From: Heptranchias perlo
Taxonomy: Eukaryota
Assembly: GCF_035084215.1 (NCBI RefSeq)
Contig: NC_090325.1
Span: 132,308,001-132,372,000, forward strand
Length of the DNA: 64,000 nucleotides
Direction of reading: 5' to 3'
Part shown: positions 1 to 13,245 of the stretch, piece by piece
How positions within the stretch are numbered: the first letter of the stretch is position 1
Layout of the letters: each line of letters starts with the position of its first letter
Program-made: the position numbers and the translations under genes
Notes under the pieces: model-generated
Database searches by the model: none
What the model saw: the letters and a program-made list of their open reading frames with translations, nothing else
What the model was told of the DNA's origin: nothing

Positions 1-47
1 GTTTCTGAACAGATGTCCGTGTTGCAATTTTTGGGATGAATTTTGGT

Positions 48-790
48 AACTTTAAATGGTGAGAAACTATTAAATGTTCATGTTTAGACGGATTTGGGTG
101 ACCTTGTACACGAAACACAGGAAGTTAGCATGCAGGTACCGCAAGCAATTAGGAAGGCAAATAGTATGTTGGCCTTTATTGCAAGGGGTCAAGGAAGTCC
201 TGCTGCAATTGGAGGGCTTTGGTGAGATCACACCTGGAGTACTGTGTACAGTTTTGGTCTCCTTACCTAAGAAAGGATATAATTGCCTTAGAGGCAGTGC
301 AACGAGGGTTCACTAGATTGATTCCTGGGATGAGAGGGTTGTGCTATGAGGAGAGATTGAGTAGAACGGGCCTATACTCTCTGGAGTTTAGAAGAATGGG
401 AGGTGATCTCATTGAAACATATAAGATTCTGAGAGGGCTTGACAGGGTAGACACTGAGAGGCTGTTTCCCCTGGCCGGAGAGTCTAGAACTAGGGGTCAT
501 AGTCTCAGGATAAGGGGTCGGCCGTTTAGGACTGAGATGAGGAGAAATTTCTTCACTCAGAGGGCTGTGAATCTTTGGAATTCTCTACCCCAGAGGGCTG
601 TGGATGCTCAGTCGCTAAGTATATTCAAGGCTGAGATTGATAGATTTTTGTAATCTAAGGGAATCAAGGGATATGGGGATTGGACAAGAAAGTGGAGTTG
701 AGGTCAAAGATCAGCCATGATCTTATAGAATGGCGGAGCAGGCTCGAGGGGCTGTATGGCCTATTCCTGCTCCTATTTCTTATGTTCTTA
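48..790 (+). mobile_element. CR1 LINE 3' fragment (RT C-terminus, 3'UTR, tail)
   Basis: ORF 219-653 has CR1 motifs HLEYCVQFWSP, RMGGDLIETYK, FFTQRAVNLWNSLP; ends in a TTCTTATG-like tail near 790. Confidence 0.9.
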
Positions 791-940
791 ACTTAAAAGT
801 GCAGTAAAACTTCTTGATTTGTACCTGAACTGCAGTTGTGCTGCAGCCTACAACATCAAAAATGTGTGAAAAGGCTTACCTGAATGCAGCTGAGGATCCC
901 TTTAAATAACACTGATGCAACTCTTTCCCGATTGTTAGCC

Positions 941-1130
941 CATCCTGTACACCTTGCCTATCTTGCACACTGCACTTCTTGTACACCCTGCTGATAATGC
1001 CAACCCTGTGCACTGTGCCCAACCTGCCTATCCTGCATACCTTGCACATCCTGCATCTCTTGCCCATCTTGCATTTTCTGTTTATCCTGCACACCCACCC
1101 ATCCTGCATATCTTACCATCCTGCACTTGT
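941..1130. repeat. Degenerate ~9-bp tandem repeat (CATCCTGCA-like)
   Basis: Recurring catcctgca/tatcctgca/catcttgca units; produce spurious MQD-repeat ORFs. Confidence 0.6.
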
Positions 1131-1804
1131 GTTTAACTGCAGCTTGAAGCATGACAAGTTTGTGTCCCACTGCATTTCCAAGGTCATTACTTCTTTCCTT
1201 ATGTCATACGTGAAGGCATTGAGTTTCAGTTTTTGCAGAAAAACAAGTTAAAAATGCGGACAATGATCCCAAATCGCCAATAAAAATCTTGAAATTCAAT
1301 GTAATAAAAGGAATTTAACCTATTCTGTATCCTTGAAACAGTGGCCTTGATCTAAGGCCTTTATTCAGGATTGTTTATCAGTTTTATGTTGCTTTTGAGT
1401 TGTCAGCTTTTTCAGGTTGTGTCAGCCATTTTGAAGAAGCTCGTCAGCTTTCCCGAGTTCTGTTGCTTGTCGTGTATGATAATGAATGTGATGACAGGTG
1501 CACGTACCAAAAAATTATAGGGGAAATTTTCCATATGGGCACTCCATGTAAACAAAATGGTGCACTCCCAGCCCCGAGTTTCCATTCAAGTGAAAAATCT
1601 TCCCCAAGTGAAAAATCTCCCCTTATATTCTGTGTGAATGTTTAATGAGGTGAGTGTAAGAACAGGACAAGCTAAAGGTTAGGGTGTAAGGGGCACCTTT
1701 TTACCTCCTGGGAATTAATGGTAAGTTTTTGAAACACTTTTATAGAGTGAGGCAGAGGCCATTGTAAGTGACGGATATACTTAGTACAGTGCATCTCAGT
1801 TGAT

Positions 1805-2030
1805 CTTGTAAGTCTGGTAAGATCAGTAAACCTTTTATGGCATTGAGTGGGCATCTGTCAATTGGTGGAATAGGCACTGTCTGCCTGGCCACCTCCTTTC
1901 ATTTATCTATTGTGGCTCCCATAGTGGCCCTCCTTTTATCCGTTCCAAAGAGGGCCTCCCTCCTGACCCTGATCTAACAAAATAGCACTTCAACATCAGC
2001 ATCTGCAAAGGGAGAAGGGCTGTGTTCTGC
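1805..2030 (-). pseudogene. Decayed Harbinger-type Myb/SANT domain remnant
   Basis: Minus strand reads PFADADVEVL ... TQCHKRFTDLTR, matching PRFSDSALDLL ... VQCRK.FNDLTR of the Myb gene at 15811. Confidence 0.6.
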
Positions 2031-2802
2031 AGCAATCCTCTTCAGCATTTTCAGATGAAGAAAATTTGGCATCTGCATACAAAGTTTTGTTTTTTGTGTT
2101 GGGAGGACTGTTGGGTGATCAAACATCTCTTAACAAAAACATATTGGTGGCAATGGGGTAAGTGTTCATCTTTACTGCCTGGGCAGTGATCTGACAGAGA
2201 TGATCACTAACTACAACTACTTCTTACCACCGTGTCTACTCTTTGTGCTTGCTAACTTACTCACTCAAGCTCCTGATCTTTTACTTCAATAAGGTACTCT
2301 CTAAGAGATAAAATGTGAAGAATGGGTTCTCCTGAAGCCCTTAAGGACTGAGGTGAGAAAGAGATGCAGGGTGTGAAGGACATGTCTCAGCAAAACTGCT
2401 GTATCTGAGCAACCCGTTTCTGGTAGTATTTCTGCTACAATGTCAAAGGTTGCTGGGTTCAAGTCTGATTCTCTCTCAGGTCCTGGCATTGGAGTGGGCT
2501 GTAATCAATACAGCGCATTGTTAATCTTATTAATGGCTCAGATGTGCTACTAGTCAGTGTGAGAACAGACTGACTAGTTCCAATTAAGTCCTGGAAGCCC
2601 TGAGAAATTGTTGTGTTAGGGCTGACCCTAAAAGAATCTATTAAAGCAGTGGCAGCTGCCAGTCCAGAAGCCACCGCTGTCCTTAGTACCTTCTTCTGGT
2701 GCCTTGTTGTCACAGAAATCTTCTAGACTGCCACACTCTATGGTGTGTTCTGCATGGCATGACAAACATCCTGCGTTGTGTTGCACGTACATGGCGGAGT
2801 CA

Positions 2803-3757
2803 GGGGTGGGAATTTTAAACCCACAGGATAGACTGGACAGTGGTGGAGAGGTGGGTTTAAATTGTTAAAAATGGGAAACCCAACCCCAACTCACTGTGAA
2901 TGCGCCTATTTCCGTTATTTTTTTATTCGTTCATGGGATGTGGGCATCGCTGGCGAGGCCGGCATTTATTGCCCATCCCTAATTGCCCTTGAGAAGGTGG
3001 TGGTGAGCCGCCTTCTTGAACCGCTGCAGTCCGTGTGGTGAAGGTTCTCCCACAGTGCTGTTAGGAAGGGAGTTCCAGGATTTTGACCCAGCGATGATGA
3101 AGGAACGGAGATATATTTCCAAGTTTAACCGGTTTAACCGGGGTGGGTTGGGGGTCGGGCGAGTAACCCGTTCGAGAGGCGGGTCGGTAATTGTAATATG
3201 ATAGTGAGGTTCTGTACCTCAGATTTTTTCAGCTATTTGGATTTAACGCCTACAGCACAGGTTTCCCGGAAACCCGGCCACTAAAGGGAGGTGAGAACTG
3301 CCGGATCCAGCAGCTAAGTACTTTTCCAGTACTGCTTGTGGGCCAAGAAGAGCAGGAGTGCTCCCCCCCAGCACCCCCCCGCCAAGCTAACCAGCCGCGA
3401 TCCCTCCCCCCCCACCCTGCGATTGGCTGACCCCTCGCGATCCGACCTCTCCTCCCTGCGATCTCCCCCCAGCCCCCGCAATCTGATCTCTCCCCCCCAC
3501 GATCTGATCTCTCCCCCCCCCCGCAATTTCTCCCTCCCTCCCTTCTCTCTGGTCCGTGGTTGCAGCCCGGTATAGCAGGCTTTCCAGCTTGGCAGCCAGA
3601 CAGCCTCTCAATCTGGCCGGCTGCCGGGTGGGAAACGGAGAAAAAAATTCCAATGAGGTCTTGACGTTAAACTTGGCAGGACCTCCGCCTTCCCCGTATT
3701 TCCAGGATTCCCTGCCGCTGACAGGCTCCCTCCCCGCCTCCCCGTAAATATCAGGGC
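2803..3757. mobile_element. Harbinger-type non-autonomous element (MITE) with C-rich core, interrupted by a LINE 3' piece
   Basis: Ends AAATATCAGGGCC; C-rich GATC repeats at 3360-3545 and the gcagcc..cagcct.tcaatc.ggc motif are shared with 54349-55625; GAGCAGGAGTGCTCC core is shared with ~10585 and ~25625; left end uncertain. Confidence 0.5.
2916..3123 (-). mobile_element. 3' end fragment of LINE family 2
   Basis: Reverse complement of 33390-33595, including the poly-A end. Confidence 0.85.
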
Positions 3758-3844
3758 CAAATCGTAAGCATTGAAACCATCACCGCTGCCTGTACATGAG
3801 ATTGACATTCGCCAAGCATTGTTCTTTTAAAGAGTAGGTCCTTG

Positions 3845-4128
3845 AAAAGGACAAGGGCAGCAGGCACATGGGAACAACACCACCTGCACGTTCCCCTCCA
3901 AGTCACACACCATCCCGACTTGGAAATATATCGCCGTTCCTTCATTGTTGCTGGGTCAAAATCCTCTAACTCCCCACCTAACAGTACTGTGGGAGAACCT
4001 TCAGCATATGGACTGCAGCGGTTCAAGAAGGCGGCTCACCACCACCTTCTCAAGGGCTATTAGAGATGGGCAATAAATGCTGGCCTTGCCAGCGATGCCC
4101 ACATCCCTTGAACGAATAAGAAAAAAGA
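3845..4128 (+). mobile_element. 3' end fragment of LINE family 2
   Basis: Nearly identical to 33316-33595; GGGCAATAAATGC ... CCCACATCCC..GAACGAAT followed by an A-rich tail. Confidence 0.85.
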
Positions 4129-7100
4129 ACTGAATCCGAATGTTCCTCAGCCAATGACGGTCATTTCTCCACCCTCCATGGAGGATCAACATTACCTTTC
4201 ACCTCCAAGTCCTCCTGCTCATAATGCTCAGCAGTTCAACTAGTGAAACCCCTTCTGATACATCAACCTCCTCATTCTGAATGGATACACCTGGGTTGGT
4301 GCTCGAGCACCTAAAATGTCATGATGGAGTTTGTGAGGGTGGGCAGGAATTAATGTCCCTGGCTGCTCATCTGACCTGTTCACCTCTTGTTGCCTGCAAT
4401 CCCATAGGAGGTAGAAAAACTGACATTTATTTAGCTGTGTAGACACTCACAGGTCTGCTCCTTCTAGATTCATTGTTACTCTTCATTGTTCTTCTCTTCA
4501 ATAAAGCATGTGGCCCTTTAATCAGTTGCACCATTTGAAATGCTGGAGTACCATTGAATTTTCCTCCCCCTCAGTGGCTGTTATCCAGTGAGGAACAGTT
4601 TGAATGCTCTAAACACACCCCAAATAGATAATGAGGCCCGCCCTACGAAAACTTGGGGAGTTGGCAGCAAGGTCACGTGGATGGGCGGTTGGAAGTCCCA
4701 GCCTGCCACTAACCCACTGACCTGATGGAAACCCGGGCCATAATTTTCAATGACGTTGAGCCAAACCAACCAAAAAAACAACATTTTACAACTGTCTCCT
4801 CCTTCGGGTTGCAAGGTGTAGTGAGCCAGAAACTTCCATTTGTTGCATTTGCCTCACGTGACTACATACACATGATCAGCAGCATCCATCCTTCCCTATA
4901 TCATTTCCCTGTGCAGGTTTGGAGCAGGGGCGAGCAATTTAATTCCTTTTACAAATATCTAGTTCCCAGCACTAATCACAATTTTATGACTTTCATCTAC
5001 AAAGCAGAAAGCAAATTTACAAAGTGAGTGTCTTGAAGTCACTTGTTAGTCATGACTAATTGCTTTGAAGAGACCTTTAAATCCATTTCTACTGGATGAT
5101 TTCTCATGATGCTCAATGCTTGCAGGCAGTGTGTTTTTCTTCTTCGGGTAAATTGCAGGATGATCATTGCCACTCAGAAATACTTCTTGTAATTGCTACA
5201 AAATCCTTTTTTTCTGATTTTTTAAAAATAAAATCTCTCCTATTTTGACATTTATTACTTCCAGTGTATAGTATTTTAAGCAGCAAAAGCAATTAATGTG
5301 ACATACAGTAGTGACCTGGTGTCAAAAAGGCTGCTAACGAGCTCTTCAAGGCACTTAACAGCTGCCGTCAGGTGAGCAACAAACATTCATTTAAAACTAA
5401 CTTGAATGTGTAGATGCAATGATAAAAATGAATTAGTGATAGGAACCACATGCTCAAGCATTTTCTCTGTATTAAATATATGTTGCTTGGAGCCTTTTAT
5501 TTTCCTTGAAAGCAAGGAACGAATTGTAAAGGGGGGAAAAATCCAATCTTTATTTTAATCACGGGGCAATTTGTACTTTTAATCATTTGAAGAGTTTCTT
5601 TGGCTGCAGAGGGAAGGAGAAAAACCCTCAGAACATGAAACACTTGAAACCAATTTGTTCATATTAAAATAGTTGCTCATTACTGCAAACTGAAGATTCT
5701 CATTAGTAAAGTGTAAGCCTCAAAGTGATTTTTAAGCTAACCACCAGAGTTCAGAGGCATAACCACATATAGTGTTGTGGGGGACATTAGGAGCAACAAT
5801 TGGGATTTGAAACATGGGGGAAAAGAAGACAAGAACACAACCCACGTTACAAAAAAAATGGGGAGGAAATTTTCCCCTCATCCTCCCCAGTAGTCGTGCC
5901 AATGTTACATTTCAAGAGCACCACTGTTCCGCAAGAGAAAGTATTTTCCTTCTTCAGGATTAACACCTTCTAAGCAACTGAGTATAGTACCTGTCATTTG
6001 TCATTTATTAACTCATCTTTTCGATTATGTTCTTCAACCTTCTGTTTAATCACTAACATTTAAATGTCATTTAAACACACAACATTGAAAAATGGCTAAC
6101 TTTTCTCATTGTTTCACTTCTAGGTCATATGGTCCTCCCTGCACTTTATTGTAATGACACATAAAAGCTCATATCTCACACCTCCAGGAACTGCCAACTA
6201 AAGATATTTATATTAATTTTTGTATTTTTTTTGTATTAAGAAACCTTGATACTCAACCCTTTACTTTACAAAATAAGTTCTAAAATGTCCAGTTTATTTT
6301 CAATTTTGTGAATGGTGTTGACAATATGATTTCATTCATGATATTTTTAGGCAGCTGATTACCTCAAATTTCAGAATGCACTTCAGTAATTTCAAATGAA
6401 CAGAATGCCATAACCCCTTTAGTTTTACTTAGGGCCCTCAAACTCTCTTCACTCAACATTTCACCACACGTATGCACTTTTCTCTTTTTGTTTCCTTTTC
6501 ATACAATGGTCAGAAAGATTCCTGCTCTCAGGCTCCTTTCAGATCAAGTTTCTGAAACCATTACATTTACAGTGAGCTGTTAAAACATCTACTTTTGTTT
6601 CCATGGTGCAGCTGTGACAGGATTTATAGGTGTTGGTGGAGGTACAGGATGTAAACCAGTCTGAGCAAGTGACTATCCAGACTGGCTTGCAGCATATACA
6701 GGATGAAATCCATACTGGACTAATCAGCTTTAGGATATGATTTGGAGGTCATGCTGAAGTGCCTTCTTGAAAAATGGAATAAGCATTTTTGGGCCCACAA
6801 ATACTGTCAGGGGGCATGCTGTGTGGCAATATGTAAGAGAGCAGGTCAATTCTGGATTGAGTACTCTGAAGACTTGGAAGGAAATCCATTAACAGTTCCA
6901 TGACTTAAGCAAGAGCTGCAATGTAAGGCAAGAAATTCAGCCTACCTTAATAAGAGCATGAAAGGAGGAGAGGGAGGTGGAGAGGTTTGATACTACTTAT
7001 CAAGAGATGTAGAAAACACTGCATACTGAGTTTTGTTCAGAAGGAAATAACAAGGAAGGTAGAACTAGTGAAAATATCAGGCCAGTGTAAATTACATTGC

Positions 7101-7800
7101 ACATGCATAATGGTAAACAAGGCTCAGCAGGAAGGAATTCACATGGTTGAAATCACCCTGAGTGAATGCACATTGCTCTTATACAAGGAGTGATACATCC
7201 TCCACGGAGAAGCCTAATATGCTACTGTGATCATATTGCTGCTAGGGGTGTATTGGAGTTGCAAATCCAAGACACAGTCATACCCAACTTGGACTGGCTC
7301 ACAGACAATTATCAAGGAGGGATGCTAAGACTTGATAAACTCACTGTTCTACACTCAGATCAGTAGACTTTGTGAGGAGATGGCATCCAATAGTGACAAA
7401 TGTAGAAAAGCACAGGAGCAACTGATTGACAGTTAGTAGTAGTTCTATGTCAATACAAAACACTGAACAAGACTGCAGGTGGTGCATCAAATATCATTGA
7501 GACTCACGAGCAAACAATAGCAATGAAGGTACATTAATGAAAGTCGCAACTGCAACCAGCAGCCACTCTGTCATCATAAACTGTAGGCTAGTTGGTTCAG
7601 TAGCCACTGACCACTGCTGCTCCCTCATCCGGGGGAGCATTTAGATAAACTGCACAGACACAATACTTACCCATTTTGTTATTCTTCTAGAAATGCTCCT
7701 AAGTGTTTTTCATTTTCTTTGTACCTGATAGTGCATTTTGGGGCATCCAAATGCTGGCAGTCAAGTGGAGAGGTCCAATCTCTTATAGTTCAGCTAGAAG

Positions 7801-9103
7801 TGCCGAGTGGATGATCCATCTCAGCCTCCTCCCGATATCCCCACCATCACGGAAGCCAGTCTTCGGCCAATTCGATTCACTCCACATGATATCAAGAAAC
7901 GGCTGAGTGCACTGGATACAGCAAAGGCTATGGGCCCCGACAACATCCCAGCTGTAGTGCTGAAGACTTGTGCTCCAGAACTAGCTGCGCCTCTAGCCAA
8001 GCTGTTCCAGTACAGCTACAACACTGGCATCTACCCGACAATGTGGAAAATTGCCCAGGTATGTCCTGTCCACAAAAAGCAGGACAAATCCAATCCGGCC
8101 AATTACCGCCCCATCAGTCTACTCTCAATCATCAGCAAAGTGATGGAAGGTGTTGTCAACAGTGCTATCAAGCGGCACTTACTCACCAATAACCTGCTCA
8201 CCGATGCTCAGTTTGGGTTCCGCCAGGACCACTCGGCTCCAGACCTCATTACAGCCTTGGTCCAAACATGGACAAAAGAGCTGAATTCCAGAGGTGAGGT
8301 GAGAGTGACTGCCCTTGACATCAAGGCAGCATTTGACCGAGTGTGGCACCAAGGAGCCCTAGTAAAATTGAAGTCCATGGGAATCAGGAGGAAAACTCTC
8401 CAGTGGCTGGAGTCATACCTAGCACAAAGGAAGATGGTAGTGGTTGTTGGAGGCCAATCATCTCAGCCCCAGGGCATTGCTGCAGGAGTTCCTCAGGGCA
8501 GTATCCTAGGCCCAACCATCTTCAGCTGCTTCATCAATGACCTTCCCTCCATCATAAGGTCAGAAATGGGGATGTTCGCTGATGACTGCACAGTGTTCAG
8601 TTCCATTCGCAACCCCTCAGATAATGAAGCAGTCCGAGCCCGCATGCAGCAAGACCTGGACAACATCCAGGCTTGGGCTCATAAGTGGCAAGTAACATTC
8701 GCGCCAGATAAGTGCCAGGCAATGACCATCTCCAACAAGAGAGAGTCTAACCACCTCCCCTTGACATTCAACGGCATTACCATCGCCGAATCCCCCACCA
8801 TCAACATCCTGGGGGTCACCATTGACCAGAAACTGAACTGGACCAGCCATATAAATACTGTGGCTACGAGAGCAGGTCAGAGGCTGGGTATTCTGTGGCG
8901 AGTGACTCACCTCCTGACTCCCCAAAGCCTTTCCACCATCTACAAGGCACAAGTCAGGAGTGTGATGGAATACTTTCCACTTGCCTGGATGAGTGCAGCT
9001 CCAACAACACTCAAGAAGCTCGACACCATCCAAGATAAAGCAGCCCGCTTGATTGGCACCCCATCCACCACCCTAAACATTCACTCCCTTCACCACCGGC
9101 GCA
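7801..9103 (+). mobile_element. LINE family 2 reverse transcriptase fragment (CR1/jockey superclade), open frame
   Basis: ORF 7807-9120 has GPDNIP, NYRPISLLS, QFGFR, LDIKAAFDRVWH, GVPQGSILGP, FADD; its 3' part overlaps 33139-33220. Confidence 0.95.
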
Positions 9104-10239
9104 CCCCTTTGACCTATTGACTTGAAAACATACAGGAAGTGGACAAGGGCGAAGCTGCAGGTCTCCCTGAAGTTCATGGATAGAACCATGCTATTCCTGT
9201 TATCCTTTCTCCACTCACTAACTAATTCACTTGCGTACACATGCACGTTCCAGCACAACACCAAGGCCATGTTATTAGCTATGTAACTTCTGTTTGAAAG
9301 TGTTTTGTTGCAGTTAGTATTCTAACACGTATTCCTCTTTAGTTTCTAGAGGTGAACCCCAAAATCAAGCTGCAGGTCCCAGTATCCCCCAAGAAGACAG
9401 CACCTGACAGCGCTCTGCGTCACTCACACCTTCTTTGGCACTAGCAGAGATGCATCCTTCCCAGGAGCTACAGAGAGTCAGTTTGAGGAGGATGCATTGG
9501 GTGTTCCACAAAGCATGAATGAGCGAAGTAGATGGTAGTGGCAGAGGATAAGCAGGAACCTTTTGGCCTAAGAACCAGCTGGTATCCTTGCTCAGCTGCA
9601 GAGCACTGAGATTAAAAAGAAAGATGTTTTCTGAGCACTAATGTTTCCTGCTGTCATTAGAGTCTGTGTTAGTCACCCTGCTGGTGAGTACTGTGGAAGA
9701 GTCCACTACCTACAATTGTGTAGTTTGCTGAGCAGAACTACAGTTAACCATGGAGCATGGGGCTACTCCAGACCCATCTTCAGCAGGGCCCTTAGTGCCA
9801 GAGATCCTCATCAGAGTGTTTGTGGTAAATGCCCTGACTGCTGCTATATGAGACATTGGGCTTCAATATATAACAGACTCTTCCATGTGGCTTCAACATG
9901 CAAGAGGATTGGATGGAGAGAGTTATTAGTAGGTCTTCAGTGCCCTTATAGCTGCCCAGAAGTCTATCCTTACACAGATCAGTGTATACATTGAGGGAGT
10001 GCCTAGCAGTAAAAGGGCATAGCTTCAGTAAGCACAGAAGAGGCTGCTGCCCGTTGTGGAGAAGCCACATCTGGCCCATCCAGCGCTACCCTCCCCCACA
10101 TGACAGAAGATGTGCCAGAAAGCTAGCGACTGCAGCATGGAGGCAGAGCATCACCAATGCAGAGCCATCTCTTGATCCAGCACTTGGAGTAACAAGGCCA
10201 CCTCAATCCCAAGAGCCTCCCACTGGCACCCAGTAGCCA

Positions 10240-10690
10240 TAAACCTTGGTGGGGGGGAGGGGGTTTAACTGGGAGACGGTTTCGGGCAGGCAGGGGGTAG
10301 AGCGAGCTTCAAACCTGTCCGACATCATCAGTTTGAGGCCCTGGTTATTTTAACTTTTGCGTCTCATTAACATTCCAGTATCCAGCTGCCCACCAGAAAC
10401 AGGTGAGAAAAGCAGGTAGCTGGCTTCGGGCAGGTCAAAATTGCATGGCCCAGAGACCGCCCAGACGCACCAAGGTAAATCATGGAGGTGGTGCGGAGGG
10501 GGGTGGTATTGGCATCATTTTGCGGATGGGAAGAGGGACGAGCCCAGGGCTGCAGAAGCCCAGACTTCCCTGTGAGTCCTGGAGGAGCACTCCTGCTCCT
10601 CCTGGCCTGACTAAGGAAAGTTTTTGATTTAACTTAGTGGGCTTCCTCTTCTTCCCCACTCAGTACATATTAATGAGGCTCCCGCTTTAG
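10240..10690. mobile_element. Harbinger-type MITE fragment
   Basis: Contains GGAGGAGCACTCCTGCTCCTCCTGGCC core also seen at ~3340-3365 (inverted) and ~25620. Confidence 0.45.
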
Positions 10691-11535
10691 TCAGTTCAAG
10701 GCAACAAAAAAAAAATTATTCAAATATAAGTGCTTGGTGTGTTTAAACAAAATTAGAAAAGACAAATGGAATTTGCCTGTTCATGAAATTTTGAGAGAAA
10801 CAATTGAAGAGGTGCCTTTCAAAATCATAGAAATCAAAAAAGGCCATGATTCATAGAAAACATACAAGCATTCAGATGAGACGAACTCACAGACAGTTTT
10901 ACAATCATCAGTTTTACAACTGAATTTACCAGCGAAAGTTGTAGCAGTCCGAGTCAACACTACTTCAAGCTCTACCAATACTATTGAACAACAAGCTGCA
11001 ACAATATCTAGCTGTAGCCACAACTAAAGTGTCAAGGAAATAATCTTATTGGATCCAACAACAAGGAACCAATGCAGGCTGATGAGGAAGCAGACAGTAA
11101 AGATTCATAAATAGATGACACAGACCAACCAAAGAAAAAGTAAGTAGTTCTCAACTAACTAGCTAGATCTAATCATATTGTGTATGCTTTTACATAGCCT
11201 GAAAATCTGTGTCCTAAGAATGGCAACTTTCCCCTAATTAGTTTTGTGACACACAAGTATGTCTGTCAAGAAATGAAAAGCCAGTAATTGGGCCTGCTGT
11301 CCGTGAGCTGTGTGATCATTATAACCTCAACTCTTCTCTGATTGCTCAGGAGCTATGCATCTTCAAAGATGTGCTCACAAAGTAGCTCACGAAAGTGTAT
11401 ATATTGAAGATCCTACCATCAAAACATGCAAAATGGACCATGAGTATGAGGATGATACAGAAGAAACAGAAATTGACGTTTCATTCTCAAGGTGGATTGA
11501 TTAATCCACTGAGGCTTGTCAGTTAGCTCTCAAGA

Positions 11536-11745
11536 TTTTCGAACTTATTAGTTCTGTATTTGATTTTGTGTTTGATTGCAGTAACGAATGTTGTTGCAGC
11601 ATGCACCATCAGCCATGAGACTATTATAAAGAACAAGCTACAGTCAACCATGTCAGACACATGACTATCAAATCTTTTGTTTCTATCCTGTGATATTTCA
11701 GAATCAATCATAAACAATGAGATTATATTGAGTTTTGCATTGACA
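11536..11745 (+). pseudogene. hAT transposase C-terminal dimerisation domain remnant
   Basis: Reads FSNLLVLY..IAVTN....IIKNKLQSTMSDT*LSNLLFLS..I...I....II.SFA, fitting the hATC pattern FPNL..LPVT...FS.LK.IKN.LRSTMS..RLSNL. Confidence 0.6.
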
Positions 11746-12786
11746 AGTAAGTCCAATGAGAAAGAAACTGCGGATTGCCTGATTGGATGCATCTTTTTAA
11801 ATCTATTTTTTCTACTATTACTAATATAAAGGTTAAGCATAATGATTGTCTTAAGTATATGGTTATATATACGTTAATTTAGTTCTACAAACACTGGTAT
11901 ACTGGGGGGACAAAATTAGCTCAGAGGAGGAGGGACTCTTCCAAAACCTGTGGGGAATGGGAACCACTGCTTCTGCATTCCCAAAACCCTCCAGAACCTT
12001 CCCCCTTCAAAATGACTTAACTTGCTGCCAGCCAGGCAGCCTCTGTGCCACCCAATATTGCACCAGCCCAAACCCGGCAATCTGCCTCTGAGCACTAGTT
12101 TAGGAAAGGCAGCTTGCTGACTCCATGCAATTCTCACATGTTCCTTTGGACAACCACCTGGGAGTTAAAATTCTCCCTTTAGAGTCTCCAAACTGAAACC
12201 TGAAGTATTTTCCCTACCTGCCTCCGCTGAAAATAAATACTTATCCTCACTGGATGCGTAGAATAAGTAAGCTATTATCCTATTCATATTACAATAATTT
12301 GATGACATAAATTGATGTTAGGAAAAGTTCAGTGACTTTGCTTGACATTAGAGCACATCCATAATGACTCTTGTTTCAAGTGAAATCACCAAGTTTTCAC
12401 CGAGCATATACTTCCTCCAATCTTTTACAGAAGTAACTTTGGAATGTGAACTGAACTGAACTCTTGTTTTTCATAACATCTCCAAAATACATTACTTTTT
12501 TTTTACGATATAAAATCTTGCTGACGCTTTCCACTTGATTTTTGCTTCAGTTATATGCACTAGCCCTGAAATTCCACAGAAGTTCTCCCATCTCCCGCTG
12601 TAACTTTGGTGGGAGACTGCAAGAACCCGGTGAAATTTCAGGGCCATCAGCTTTTTCCCGACATAGTTGGTAACAACAGTTTTCATATCAGAAACAGAAA
12701 CAGAAACCTTAACATTGATGGTGTAAAATGCTTGTTGAACACCCCAGATTGTTAGTAAAATGCATGTAATGGCCATGGGATTGAAC

Positions 12787-13245
12787 ATGAGCCTTAGCTT
12801 AGTAGTATTATTCTTGCCTCTGAGTCCGAAGGTTGTGGGTTCAAGCCCTACTCCAGATACTTGAGTACATAATCCAGGCTGATACTTCAGTGTAGTATTA
12901 AGGCAGTGCTGCACTGTCAGAGGTGCTGACTTTTGGATGAGACATTAAACTGACGCCCTGCCTGTCCTCTCGCATGCATGTAAAAGATCCCAAGGCACTA
13001 TTTCAAAGAAGAGCAGGGGAGTTCAGCCAGTGTCCTGGCCAATATTTATTCCTCAACCAACACCACTAAAACAGATTATCTGGTCATTTATCTTAATGCT
13101 GTTTGTGCGACCTTGCTTTGCATAAATTGGCTGCTACATTTCCCAACATTACAACAGTGACACTTCAAAAGTACTTAATTGGCTATAAAGCACTTTGGGT
13201 CCTGAGGTCGTGAAAGGCGCTATATAAATGCAAGTCCTTTCCTTT
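12787..13245 (+). mobile_element. DeuSINE (SacSINE1/AmnSINE1-like) SINE
   Basis: tRNA-like head (B-box GGTTCAAGCCC), Deu-domain-like core GTAAAAGATCCC..GAAGAGCAGGGGAGTT..GTCCTGGCCAATATTTAT, end GAAAGGCGCTATATAAATGCAAGT. Confidence 0.85.

Noticed and set aside
876-1251. MQD-repeat and His-rich ORFs
   Set aside because: Products of a 9-bp degenerate tandem repeat.
4850-4865. TCACGTGA E-box/CLEAR-like motif
   Set aside because: A single short motif is expected by chance in 64 kb; no promoter context.
9300-10230. Possible decayed Harbinger Myb exon-3 sequence (also ~43700-44200)
   Set aside because: Only a vague resemblance by eye; not enough to call.
12787-12860. tRNA gene
   Set aside because: It is the tRNA-derived head of a SINE and does not form a full cloverleaf.
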